The notes below the pieces were generated by a model. That model did not search any database, had not been told where the DNA came from, and saw nothing but the letters and a program-made list of their open reading frames with translations. Of a stretch of 56,615 nt of DNA, positions 18,161 through 28,235 are shown piece by piece. This DNA comes from an uncultured virus (IMG/VR IMGVR_UViG_3300042564_004560) (lineage: Duplodnaviria; Heunggongvirae; Uroviricota; Caudoviricetes): the IMG/VR virus record IMGVR_UViG_3300042564_004560. One strand, written 5' to 3'. Both the position numbers and the translations under genes were made by a program. The number at the start of each line of letters is the position of its first letter. Positions within the stretch are counted from its first letter, which is position 1.

Positions 18161-21100
18161 TTTAGGACCGGACAACAGCGGAAACATATATGTTGAATTT
18201 GACTATAACAATTTAATAGTTGTTGACCCAAACAAAACAACTAAAGATGGTCAAGTTTCTGAAAGATTAGTTGACCACGAAAATCTTGTTATGTATGCGA
18301 ATTTGGAAGCGGAAGTACTTCCAAGAACAAAACTTGCGGTAGGGATAAGTCCTGAAGATAGTGGGATAAGAACAATTTCTGTTGCTAAAATGAATTTTTT
18401 AAAACCAGGTAAAAATGATTATCTTGGAACGGGATATTATGACGAACTAACAGGACAAAATGTTACAAAATTTGATGGAACTAACCAACCACTACAAGTA
18501 GGTGTAATACCTAAAAATGGGGATAAACCATATTATACTAATACGGTTTCAAATGAAACAAATGTAATGGATAATGGGTTATTAGGTATTACCCAAATAC
18601 ATGTTACAACAAATACGTCATTTATACCATCTGTAACTATGGAATTAGAAGATGTTCAAGGTAAGGCATTATTTCAATTAGGTAACAACTCTCCTTATTC
18701 TGCCTTTTTTAATTTACCATATCCAGTATTTTATTTAACACTAAAAGGTTATTACGGACAGGCGATTAGATACCAATTAAACTTAGAAAAATTTAACGCT
18801 AGATTTAATTCGGTAAGCGGTAATTACCAAGTTTCATTAACTTTTAAAGGATATAAGTTTAATATATTAAATGAGATTGCTATGGGTCATCTTTTGGCAA
18901 CACCACACATGTTTTCTCAGACATTTAATATAAGTCAATCTCCTGTTGGTCCACAACAAACAAATAGGGCAACTGAATCACAATCTAAGACTCAAGCGGC
19001 AAAGGCGTTTAATAATGTTAATAGTTCTGATGCGGTTGTGACTGAGTTAATTGCGGAAAAAGGATATCAAAAAATTGCCGAAGTTTATAGTGAATATAAA
19101 GCTAAAGGACTAATTTCAAAAGATTTACCGGAATTAACAATAGTCCAATTAATGTCTAAATTAGAACAGTTTGAAAAATTAATTACTGCGTCTTTTGATA
19201 AAACTGAAGTTGGGTCATTAACAAATATTAGAAATTATAAAGGAATATTAACCCAATATTTTTCAAATGTTAGAGGGGCAACAAGTTCTTGGTTTAATAC
19301 ATATTTAAATCCAAATCCAATAATTTTGAAGGGTGGTGATAAAACCTATGTTTTTAAAAATAGTGACCCCGGTCTTCATGTTACCGCTATTTCATTATTA
19401 GAAAGTAATATTAAAAAATATAATGAAGGGTTGGCAGAAAATCCAACATTAGGTACTAATGGCACGGCACCAATACCTAATCCAATTACCCTTAAAATGA
19501 TTAAAATTGACCCGCCATTAGACTCTAATGTTGATTGGGTTGCAACAGCAACCGCACAAACGGGAAATTATAAACCAAGTAAAGAAGTTGTTGATTCGGT
19601 TTACAATCAATATATTCCAATATTCACACCAGCTATTAATGAAACAATAGTTAATGGAAAACCTCAACGTACAGAAATTAAACCTTCATTTTTTGTGTTT
19701 GAAGGTAATGGTAGATTTGATTCAACAATATCGTCTTTAGAAACACAGGCAAATAAAAAATTATCTGAGTACGAAACAAAGATTACTGCGGAATTATTAA
19801 GAAAAATTGAAGATAAAGACACAGGACTTGGGTTTAAGCCAACAGTAAGAAACATTATTGCGGTTATTATGGCGTCTGCAGAAGGGTTTATTAGATTAAT
19901 GGATGACACGCATACCAAAGCGTGGAATGTAAAATATGACCCTGTTAGAAAACAAGCTATTTTAGATAATCCTTCATCGGCACCTAGTTCTGAAACAAGA
20001 GACCACGTAGTACAAACACAAGGTTCGTTATTAGGTAATACCGCGGCTGAGAATTCTCAAATCCCTGTATACCCATGGCCACAATATTTTGTTGAGACAT
20101 CTGATGATAAAAAAGGTAGATTCCAATTAAAGTATCTTGCAGACCCAACAGAAATTGATAAAACTGATGGGGGTAATTATGCTAAATGGCCTGAAGTTCA
20201 ATTTGTTGAAGAGTACATGAAAGGACTTACAATGAAGTTTCAATCACCAATTGCTCCGCCACCATTAGAAACGGAAAGAGAAACTAATATAATTAATATT
20301 AATGCGATTGAATTTCCTTCGACAGGAATTGCATATCGTAATAAAGAAGAAATTAAATTTTTCTATGAGATATGGGAAAGACAATTTTTGACTGCTCATT
20401 ATTCAGGATTTGTAAGGGCTAATTTAAATCAAATTCAAGATTTAATTAAACTTAATGTTGAGGCGGAAATTAGTAATGTTAAAAATGGTTTAGGATTAAG
20501 TTCTCCTTATATTACATTTACATTAAAAAATTATGGGTTAAACGCGGCTTCCTATCCGGATTTCTTAAAGAATATCTCAAATATGGGAACAGGCCGAGCA
20601 TACCAAGATTATGTTAGAGATTTCTTTGTTACACCATATCTTAAAACTATTACTGAAGATTCTTTCAGTATATTAGGTGTTGAAGATATTGGTAAAATTC
20701 CACAGACAACAACAAAATCAGAAGGACTTAAAAAGTTAATAGACAATGCGCCTAACGACCCAATGATTGTTGATACAATACCATACACAGACCAAACATG
20801 GTGTGCAAACAATTTAAATCAAGGGGCGAGCTCTACGGGTAATCAAGTATATGGAACTAAAAAAAGTTTGATGATATTTGAACCAAGAAAAATTATTGCA
20901 AATTTTAATAATGTTTTTGACTTTAAAAATAATAGACCTGTAACAAACTTTTCATATTTATTAGGTCAAAATCCTACAATTCTTGCACTTTCATCAATGT
21001 TATTTGGTTTAGGGTTATCCGGTTTTTATGATACAAGGGAGTCTGACGATTTTATTGCAACTGAAGGATATGTTTATGGAGCCACTCCAACAGGAATATT

Positions 21101-24100
21101 AAGTCCAAGAACAACAACGTCCATGTTGAATACTCCGTATTTTGTTAACGCTATTCAAAACGGTGTAGATAATTCAAGAATTTCAGGTAACACTTATCCA
21201 TATACTCAAGCCGCGTATTTATTCATTAATTCATTACCATTAGCAACTTTAAGAGAAAAATATAAATCAGTATCAGATAATAATACTGTAACTGAATTAG
21301 ATTACATATCATCTTGTTTTAAAAAGTTTGGTGCAATACATAAAATACCGTATGCTTGGATATTAAAATACGGGTCAATATGGTATAGATATAAAACGTA
21401 CAAACAAACAGGTACTGATATATTAAAAACTGCTTGGAAAAATTTTGATTATTCCAAAAATTATAATCCGATAGTTCCGGTAACAACGGGTACCACAACA
21501 GGGACCACTACAACAGGGGTGATAATTACAGGTACAACAAGTACGTCAGTAGAATATAAATTTAAATACAATGGTGTTAATAGAAATGTTGTTTTACAAA
21601 GTGAAACATCTATAGATGTTGATATGCAAGTTGGATTTTATCCAAAATTAATTAACGATTTTAATTTCTTTTATAATGGATATGATTTGTATACGGGTTA
21701 TACAAATAGTGAAATACAACAAAGTGTTAATGATGGATTAAAAATGTATAATTTTTTAGGTTCAAATATCAATAATGGTAAACAAAATGGTAAAAATTTA
21801 AGATTAATAACATGGTCTGTAATGTTACCAAATAATGTACCTGAAGATGATGAAGATTGCGACCCAACAAATAATACTAAAGGTGCAACTTATTATGTTG
21901 TTCCATCATTTGGAACATCATTTAACCAAACTATTGATACTTGTATGACGGGTGAAACTACATCACCAGGAACTAAAGTTAATCTTACAAACAATACTAG
22001 TGTTTATAATGGTTCTGTTAGATGTTTATGGCCGGCAACTAATTTTGGGTATTATGATAATAATCAAATTGCATATCCTGACCCATATTCATATATTAAT
22101 AACATAACAACAGGGAGCGACCAATCACCAGTACAATTTTTAACTGATAACAATTACTCAAAGATTGAAGAAATATTTTCGGTTTTTGATAAAAAAATAT
22201 TGGATTCTTTTGAAGAAGAATTTTTAAATTGGTGTAAACCTGATACTGACATTAATTTGAGTAAAGAGATTGTGACTTTTAATCAAAGCCCTATTAATCT
22301 TAATTCATCGTTTAGAAACTTCCAAGCGTTATTTAAAACATTAATGGAAGTTCCTGCCAAAACCACAAGTGAGTTAGAATCAGATTATTTTAATAATGTT
22401 ACTACTAAACAATATGATGTCTTTAGTAATAGTATTACTAATTTTATGCAATATGATATTCTTATTAGATATGGTAATCCGTCAAATTATAACCGAAGAA
22501 TTCTTAATTCTTATTTATCATTTAATGGACAAATTGAAGTTGCGGACCCTATAACATTTAATTCATATGTTAAAAATAGTTTACCGTCTAGTGTCGGTGG
22601 AATAACATTACAACAATCACAAATTAATAACCCGACAGCATGGTTTGAGTTACAAACACAGGTAGGGTTTTCAACAATAGAGAATGTTTTTTATAGTTCT
22701 AATGGTTCGTATATTACCGACTTTTTTATTGATAATAACATAGAGTTTACCGCACAGAATGTAATATTATTGGCACCAATAATTAAAATGTATGCTACTC
22801 AAAAATTAAAATCGCCAACAATTGCCGTTGCTCAATTTAAAAATGAGTTAAAAAAATATTTGGATTTAGAATCTACTTTACAAGGTAACTTTTTAAATGG
22901 TTTATTATCTGGGTTAAACGCAATATTACCTAATCAACAACAAGTACCTGAAAGAACAGTACAAAGTGTTATAAGTGGAGACCAAAGTAAAGTTGAGAAT
23001 TATGAAGTTTTTAAGGCGTTAAATGACAAATGGATATCAGGTGGTGACTATACAACCAAAACTTTATTTGAAGATATAATGTTTTTAGATAGGGCATCAA
23101 GAAATATTGGGGACACTCTTTTAATTGATATCTTTGATTTGAAATATATGTTTGGTGTTGGGGGAAAAGAAGGTGAGTATTCTTTAAATAATGCTATGAG
23201 TGTTTATACGTTCATTAGTGGTATTCTTATTAAGAATAATTTTAATGTAATGAACCTGCCCGCGTATGTTAATTTTTATAATGTACAAGATGCTGACGGG
23301 ATTAAAACACCATTAGGTAGTGGAGGGTCTTTAGCATTTGCAGATAGTTTATGGGGGACTTTCTTGGATGTTGATTATAGAAAATCAGGTCCTAAAATGG
23401 TTTGTTTTTATGCGGGTAAACCATCACAATATTTAGATTTACCTAAAGGTAATTTTAAATTTAGAGATGATGCGTTTGAGATGAGAAGAGCCTCTGAAAA
23501 TCCTTTACTTGAAAATTTACAAGGTAAAACAGATTGGGCTGTTTCTAATAAGTGTGTGGGATTTACCGTAGATATTGGGATTAGTAATCAAAATATATTT
23601 TATTCATTTAGTGTATCTCAAGATAATGGAGTGGCAACTTCAGAATCAATTAATACTCAATTGAATATGGTTGACCAAGCGTCAGGAAGACAAAGTGCTA
23701 CTCAAAATGTTAGTTTATACAATCTTTATAAAAATAGAAGTTATAAATGTACTGTTGTGTCATTAGGTAATGCGTTGATACAACCAACAATGTACTTTAA
23801 TCTTAGACATGTTCCAATGTTTAATGGACCTTATATGATTCAATCTGTTGACCATAGTATTCAATCGGGTAACTTCCAAACAACTTTTACAGGTATTAGA
23901 CAAGGGGTATTTGATTTACCTGCGATTGATACTTTCTTACAAAGTATTAATCAAAATCTTTTGACTAAACTTGAAGAAATTTTAAAAATTAATAAAGATA
24001 GTGTAACTATTAGTGGTACCACAAATGCGATTAAGAGTACTCAAGTACCACAAAAGGCGGACAATACTTTAGATACAACAAACGCTTGTGTTTCTAATCT

Positions 24101-25967
24101 TAATAGTTCATTTGCCGCTGGATACCAAAGTGTTGCAGGCGTATTAACCCCAATACAACCAAAAACATTTGCAGACGCATTAATTAAACTTGTACCAAAC
24201 AGTCAAGAACTTCAAATTATTATTTATTCTTTATCATATATTAGCACATTCCAAGATAAGTCATTTAATGGGTGGGATAATAACTTTGGATTAATTTCGT
24301 TAAGCAAGGATTGGGGAGGTCAAAACACATTAATACAAAGAAATTATAGTTGTGTAAAAGTTAAAACAAATGCATCATCAAGTACCTCTCAACCACTAGC
24401 ACATTTTGATACAATTGACTCTTATATTAGATTTATGATTGGAAGATTATCGGAAAGAGTTCCACAAATATTAGAAATGGGTCTTGCAAAATGGTATGTT
24501 TGTCATTGGCCTATAGATAATGTTTCAGAAGATTATTATAACTCACATATTGGTGAATTTAAAGAAACTAAAGATACGTTATACAATGCGTTAAATTCTG
24601 CGGTTAAAGTTGGATTATCAACAGTTGCAGATTCTAAAGACCTTAAATTGACAATTAAGAAGACAGAGGAAAAAGGAAAAACTCCTGGTGTTACACCAAC
24701 ACCAACACCACTTCCAGCGTTGGCGGGTAAAACTTGTCCTCCACCGGTGTATACAACAATTGCACCATTATCAGGATATACAGGAACGGTTCTCCAAGTT
24801 AATGGTAGAAATTTAATAACAACTAAAGAAGTTAAGATTGCTAATGTATTGGTACCATTTAGTAGTGTAACTATTGTTAATGATACTTTGGTGAGATTTG
24901 TAGTTCCTAAAATTTTCACGGGAGATGTTAACATTTATACCCAAATTGGTATTACAACGGATTATGGTTCATTTTCAGGAGGAACTTTATTTAACTATAA
25001 CCCATCATTAAGTGGAACTTCTATGACATCACCAGGTTCAATTACAAATCCAGAAGCGGCAAACACTCCGTCAACAACAAGTACGACAGCAACAACCGCA
25101 ACAACTGTAACGAATGTTGCGCCGGGGGTGAATACAAATCCACAAAACACAGGACCAACACCATTAATTGTTGTTACTGATTCTAAAGACGCTAGAGGTA
25201 GTACAACTCAATTAACTGTTAGGGTAAATCCTGATGCCGGTGCTTGGAAAATAGACACTCAAAATGATTATTCATCTAAAATCGTGGATGTAGTACCAGG
25301 ACCAAATAACAAATACATTGAAGACACATTTGAAAATAGTTATGGGCAACATTTTAATGGATATGTTTCTACCGACCAACAAGAATTTTCAATTTCAAAA
25401 CAACAAATGATTGAGGTGGTAGGTATAGATGATTTAGATGAAAAAAATATTAGAGCTTATACTCAAATTGAATTATATGTAAGACCTGATGATAAAGTTA
25501 AAAATCCAAACGATGTAATTTTAAATTATAATTTTAATATATTCCAAACAGATATTAAAGAGGGTGACCCTGTGGTTGCAACACCACCACCACCTGTAAC
25601 AACTAGTGGTACTACTTTTCCAGAAAAACAATTGTCAATAACTTTAGTTGGGGAAAGTCCTGATATACAAGGAATGGGATTAGAATATTTTAATATTAAA
25701 AAACCCGCCGGTGGTTATATTACATTCAGGTTTAACTCTCCTGACTTTAAGGATAGTTGGTATAATGATAGGGCAATTCTTAATTCTAATAATCAAATAG
25801 CGCCATATTCTGGTAGATTAAATGTCGATAGTCAAACATATGAATATACGGTTAATAGTTTAGGTGTGTTTAAATTAAAAATATCGTATAAACCTTATGG
25901 ATTTACTGCGCCAATCGGAGGTAAAGTCTTAGAACAAATCGTTTATAGTCCACCATTCACTTTATAA
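18150..25967 (+). CDS. Giant baseplate hub-like protein with C-terminal IPT/TIG-like domain
   Basis: 2605 aa. Hub-type motifs: LLGITQIHV...VTMELEDVQGKALF and CTVVSLGNALIQPTMYFNLRHVPMFNGPYMIQSVDHSI..GNFQTTFTG. IPT/TIG-like segment: IAPLSGYTGTVLQVNGRNL...VNDTLVRFVVP. Confidence 0.65.
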   Translation: MVGNLGPDNSGNIYVEFDYNNLIVVDPNKTTKDGQVSERLVDHENLVMYANLEAEVLPRTKLAVGISPEDSGIRTISVAKMNFLKPGKNDYLGTGYYDELTGQNVTKFDGTNQPLQVGVIPKNGDKPYYTNTVSNETNVMDNGLLGITQIHVTTNTSFIPSVTMELEDVQGKALFQLGNNSPYSAFFNLPYPVFYLTLKGYYGQAIRYQLNLEKFNARFNSVSGNYQVSLTFKGYKFNILNEIAMGHLLATPHMFSQTFNISQSPVGPQQTNRATESQSKTQAAKAFNNVNSSDAVVTELIAEKGYQKIAEVYSEYKAKGLISKDLPELTIVQLMSKLEQFEKLITASFDKTEVGSLTNIRNYKGILTQYFSNVRGATSSWFNTYLNPNPIILKGGDKTYVFKNSDPGLHVTAISLLESNIKKYNEGLAENPTLGTNGTAPIPNPITLKMIKIDPPLDSNVDWVATATAQTGNYKPSKEVVDSVYNQYIPIFTPAINETIVNGKPQRTEIKPSFFVFEGNGRFDSTISSLETQANKKLSEYETKITAELLRKIEDKDTGLGFKPTVRNIIAVIMASAEGFIRLMDDTHTKAWNVKYDPVRKQAILDNPSSAPSSETRDHVVQTQGSLLGNTAAENSQIPVYPWPQYFVETSDDKKGRFQLKYLADPTEIDKTDGGNYAKWPEVQFVEEYMKGLTMKFQSPIAPPPLETERETNIININAIEFPSTGIAYRNKEEIKFFYEIWERQFLTAHYSGFVRANLNQIQDLIKLNVEAEISNVKNGLGLSSPYITFTLKNYGLNAASYPDFLKNISNMGTGRAYQDYVRDFFVTPYLKTITEDSFSILGVEDIGKIPQTTTKSEGLKKLIDNAPNDPMIVDTIPYTDQTWCANNLNQGASSTGNQVYGTKKSLMIFEPRKIIANFNNVFDFKNNRPVTNFSYLLGQNPTILALSSMLFGLGLSGFYDTRESDDFIATEGYVYGATPTGILSPRTTTSMLNTPYFVNAIQNGVDNSRISGNTYPYTQAAYLFINSLPLATLREKYKSVSDNNTVTELDYISSCFKKFGAIHKIPYAWILKYGSIWYRYKTYKQTGTDILKTAWKNFDYSKNYNPIVPVTTGTTTGTTTTGVIITGTTSTSVEYKFKYNGVNRNVVLQSETSIDVDMQVGFYPKLINDFNFFYNGYDLYTGYTNSEIQQSVNDGLKMYNFLGSNINNGKQNGKNLRLITWSVMLPNNVPEDDEDCDPTNNTKGATYYVVPSFGTSFNQTIDTCMTGETTSPGTKVNLTNNTSVYNGSVRCLWPATNFGYYDNNQIAYPDPYSYINNITTGSDQSPVQFLTDNNYSKIEEIFSVFDKKILDSFEEEFLNWCKPDTDINLSKEIVTFNQSPINLNSSFRNFQALFKTLMEVPAKTTSELESDYFNNVTTKQYDVFSNSITNFMQYDILIRYGNPSNYNRRILNSYLSFNGQIEVADPITFNSYVKNSLPSSVGGITLQQSQINNPTAWFELQTQVGFSTIENVFYSSNGSYITDFFIDNNIEFTAQNVILLAPIIKMYATQKLKSPTIAVAQFKNELKKYLDLESTLQGNFLNGLLSGLNAILPNQQQVPERTVQSVISGDQSKVENYEVFKALNDKWISGGDYTTKTLFEDIMFLDRASRNIGDTLLIDIFDLKYMFGVGGKEGEYSLNNAMSVYTFISGILIKNNFNVMNLPAYVNFYNVQDADGIKTPLGSGGSLAFADSLWGTFLDVDYRKSGPKMVCFYAGKPSQYLDLPKGNFKFRDDAFEMRRASENPLLENLQGKTDWAVSNKCVGFTVDIGISNQNIFYSFSVSQDNGVATSESINTQLNMVDQASGRQSATQNVSLYNLYKNRSYKCTVVSLGNALIQPTMYFNLRHVPMFNGPYMIQSVDHSIQSGNFQTTFTGIRQGVFDLPAIDTFLQSINQNLLTKLEEILKINKDSVTISGTTNAIKSTQVPQKADNTLDTTNACVSNLNSSFAAGYQSVAGVLTPIQPKTFADALIKLVPNSQELQIIIYSLSYISTFQDKSFNGWDNNFGLISLSKDWGGQNTLIQRNYSCVKVKTNASSSTSQPLAHFDTIDSYIRFMIGRLSERVPQILEMGLAKWYVCHWPIDNVSEDYYNSHIGEFKETKDTLYNALNSAVKVGLSTVADSKDLKLTIKKTEEKGKTPGVTPTPTPLPALAGKTCPPPVYTTIAPLSGYTGTVLQVNGRNLITTKEVKIANVLVPFSSVTIVNDTLVRFVVPKIFTGDVNIYTQIGITTDYGSFSGGTLFNYNPSLSGTSMTSPGSITNPEAANTPSTTSTTATTATTVTNVAPGVNTNPQNTGPTPLIVVTDSKDARGSTTQLTVRVNPDAGAWKIDTQNDYSSKIVDVVPGPNNKYIEDTFENSYGQHFNGYVSTDQQEFSISKQQMIEVVGIDDLDEKNIRAYTQIELYVRPDDKVKNPNDVILNYNFNIFQTDIKEGDPVVATPPPPVTTSGTTFPEKQLSITLVGESPDIQGMGLEYFNIKKPAGGYITFRFNSPDFKDSWYNDRAILNSNNQIAPYSGRLNVDSQTYEYTVNSLGVFKLKISYKPYGFTAPIGGKVLEQIVYSPPFTL

Positions 25968-25977
25968 CATAACAACA

Positions 25978-25985
25978 TATTTATA
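25978..25985 (+). promoter_or_regulatory. TATTTATA motif
   Basis: Recurrent motif; ATG at 26000. Confidence 0.55.
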
Positions 25986-25999
25986 ATAAAAACAATTTT

Positions 26000-26224
26000 A
26001 TGAACATAAAATCAGCATTAGACAACTATCTTGGGAAATCAACAAGAGTTTCTCAAACAGATAACGGTGACGGAACACAACAAGTTTGTGATTTAGACAC
26101 AGGAGATTGTTATACAATCAGAGAAAGAGATGGTCTTATTGAGAGAGCGGGTCATCAAACAACAATTAACAGAAAAGTTAGAGTTGAGACAGCAGGAGGA
26201 ATTAAACAATTATTAAACGGATAA
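26000..26224 (+). CDS. Hypothetical protein
   Basis: 74-aa ORF containing VCDLDTGDC, preceded by the recurrent motif. Confidence 0.75.
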   Translation: MNIKSALDNYLGKSTRVSQTDNGDGTQQVCDLDTGDCYTIRERDGLIERAGHQTTINRKVRVETAGGIKQLLNG

Positions 26225-26228
26225 CACA

Positions 26229-26924
26229 ATGATAGATAAAAAAATATTAAGTGAAATTGAAAGATATAAAAGTATTAATCAATACATTACAGAACAGGCT
26301 GCGGATGAAGCACTACCTCCTGAAGATTTAGGTCCATTGGCACCAGCACCTGGAGATGCAGGGGCAGGAGCTCCACCACCACCTTCAGACGCAGGAGCGG
26401 TACCACCACCAGCACCGGAAGCAGGCCAACCAATTGATATTGCAAATGACCCTGATATTGAAAAACTTGACGATGATGGAAATCCTGATGAGAGTTCTGA
26501 TACAGGAAGTGAAGATTCTGAAGAACTTGATATAACAGAATTAGTGGATTCTCAAAAAAATATTGAAACAAAACAAGAAGAATATTTTAATAACTTATTC
26601 GGTCAGTTGGATAATTTACAATCAAGACTTGGAGAAATGGATAATATAATGAACAAATTAAATAGCCTTGAAGCTAAGATTGAAAAGTATAGAGAAAAAA
26701 CTCCACAAGAAAAATTAGAATTAAGAACATACGATTCTTACCCATTCAATCAAAAACTATCACAATTTTTTGATGATAAATCGGAAGAGATGGAAAAGAC
26801 GGGAAAAAATGATTATGTTTTAACAACAGATGATGTAACAGACATTAATTCTTCAGATATTAAAAGTTCTTTTCAACCAGGAGGAACACCAAGTAACGAT
26901 AATTACAAAACATCGTTTAGATAA
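26229..26924 (+). CDS. Acidic, Pro-rich, coiled-coil hypothetical protein (possible head/scaffold-related)
   Basis: N-terminal ILSE...YITEQ, a Pro/Ala/Asp linker, and heptad-like LFGQLDNLQSRLGEMDNIMNKLNSLEAKI. Confidence 0.75.
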   Translation: MIDKKILSEIERYKSINQYITEQAADEALPPEDLGPLAPAPGDAGAGAPPPPSDAGAVPPPAPEAGQPIDIANDPDIEKLDDDGNPDESSDTGSEDSEELDITELVDSQKNIETKQEEYFNNLFGQLDNLQSRLGEMDNIMNKLNSLEAKIEKYREKTPQEKLELRTYDSYPFNQKLSQFFDDKSEEMEKTGKNDYVLTTDDVTDINSSDIKSSFQPGGTPSNDNYKTSFR

Positions 26925-26927
26925 AAT

Positions 26928-26951
26928 AAAGGTGTCGAGAGACACCTTTTT
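26928..26951 (+). terminator. Intrinsic terminator
   Basis: AAAGGTGTC-GAGA-GACACCTTT-TT with a GNRA loop and T-tract. Confidence 0.8.
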
Positions 26952-26954
26952 CAT

Positions 26955-26987
26955 TTGACTAAAGTCACATTATAACCTATATTTATA
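26955..26987 (+). promoter_or_regulatory. Sigma70-like promoter TTGACT-N17-TATATT overlapping a TATTTATA motif, upstream of the replication block
   Basis: TTGACT at 26955-26960, TATATT at 26978-26983, TATTTATA at 26980-26987. Confidence 0.55.
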
Positions 26988-27019
26988 TCAGATAGATAAT
27001 CACTTAAAATTAAAAAAAC

Positions 27020-27874
27020 ATGAGTTCATTAGACGCCGTATTGGCACAGTACGAAAAATCACAACAATCTGCGGGCGGAGCCCAAAGTAAAATGTCGCAA
27101 GACGAAAGAATGAAAAAGTATTTCGCTTTAATCTTATTAGATAAAGAGAAATCAGGACAGAGAAGAGTAAGAATTCTTCCTACAACAGACGGTTCTTCAC
27201 CGTTCAAAGAAGCATGGTACCACGAAATCCAAGTTGGTGGTCAATGGCAAAAATTCTACGACCCAGGAAAAAACGACAACGAGCGTTCACCATTGAATGA
27301 GGTTTACGAAGAATTAATTGCAACAGGTAAAGAGTCTGACAAACAATTAGCGGCTCAATATCGTTCTCGTAAATTCTATATTGTAAAAGTTATAGATAGA
27401 GATAAAGAAGAAGACGGACCAAAATTTTGGAGATTCAAACACAACTACAAAAACGATGGTATCTTAGACAAGATTATTCCGATTTGGAGAAATAAAGGTG
27501 ATATTACTGACTCTGAAAAAGGTCGTGATTTAATCATTGAATTAAACAAATCAAAAGCACCAAATGGTAAAGAATATACTGCGGTATCAACAATTATGTA
27601 TGATGACCCAGCACCTGTTCACGAAGATACGGCACAAGCAAAGGCTTGGATTGAAGATGAGTTAACTTGGTTAGATGTTTATTCTAAAAAACCTGTTGAA
27701 TACCTTGAGGCGATATCTCGTGGAGAAACACCAAAATGGGATTCAGAAAAAGGTGGATACGTTTACGGAGATAGTTCTGTTGAAACAGAATCTTTTGGTG
27801 GTAAAAAATCAAATGACTCAAAACCTGTTGACCCACAAGCAAATGATGAGGTTGACGAAGACCTTCCATTCTAA
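27020..27874 (+). CDS. Single-stranded DNA-binding protein (T4 gp32-like)
   Basis: RRVRILP, F...WYHEI, KFYIVKVIDRD, GPKFWRF, DITDSEKGRDLII and an acidic tail ending DEDLPF. Confidence 0.85.
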   Translation: MSSLDAVLAQYEKSQQSAGGAQSKMSQDERMKKYFALILLDKEKSGQRRVRILPTTDGSSPFKEAWYHEIQVGGQWQKFYDPGKNDNERSPLNEVYEELIATGKESDKQLAAQYRSRKFYIVKVIDRDKEEDGPKFWRFKHNYKNDGILDKIIPIWRNKGDITDSEKGRDLIIELNKSKAPNGKEYTAVSTIMYDDPAPVHEDTAQAKAWIEDELTWLDVYSKKPVEYLEAISRGETPKWDSEKGGYVYGDSSVETESFGGKKSNDSKPVDPQANDEVDEDLPF

Positions 27875-27887
27875 AATAAAAAAAAAT

Positions 27888-27919
27888 CATGTATGGTATC
27901 TTGTATGGTACCATACATG
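27888..27919. repeat. Nested inverted/direct repeat after the SSB gene
   Basis: CATGTATGGTA...TACCATACATG inverted repeat, TGTATGGTA direct repeat, and a perfect 16-bp palindrome TGTATGGTACCATACA at 27902-27917. Confidence 0.7.
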
Positions 27920-27932
27920 TTAATTCTATCAC

Positions 27933-28235
27933 ATGACATTTAAAGAAGAAATTGACCTACAATTAAGGGATAATAAAATGTTGTCTTATGAAATCTTAAG
28001 TCAACTAAAAGATAAAGGATACTTTTCAGGTAGGGCTAAACAGATTGGTGAAACAGTTTTGTTTGCTATGTTGAAAGAAGAATCAGAAGATGGGGAATTA
28101 GGTCTTAGATTGATAACCCTTCATGAAGAAGAAATTGGTGTTCTTTACGAAGAAGACAATACTTTCTATAATAGAAATAAAACAAGTAAATTACCTAACA
28201 TTAAAAGAATAGAAAATGGCAATCAAGAAAACTGA
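27933..28235 (+). CDS. Hypothetical protein
   Basis: 100-aa ORF that overlaps the recombinase start. Confidence 0.7.
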   Translation: MTFKEEIDLQLRDNKMLSYEILSQLKDKGYFSGRAKQIGETVLFAMLKEESEDGELGLRLITLHEEEIGVLYEEDNTFYNRNKTSKLPNIKRIENGNQEN

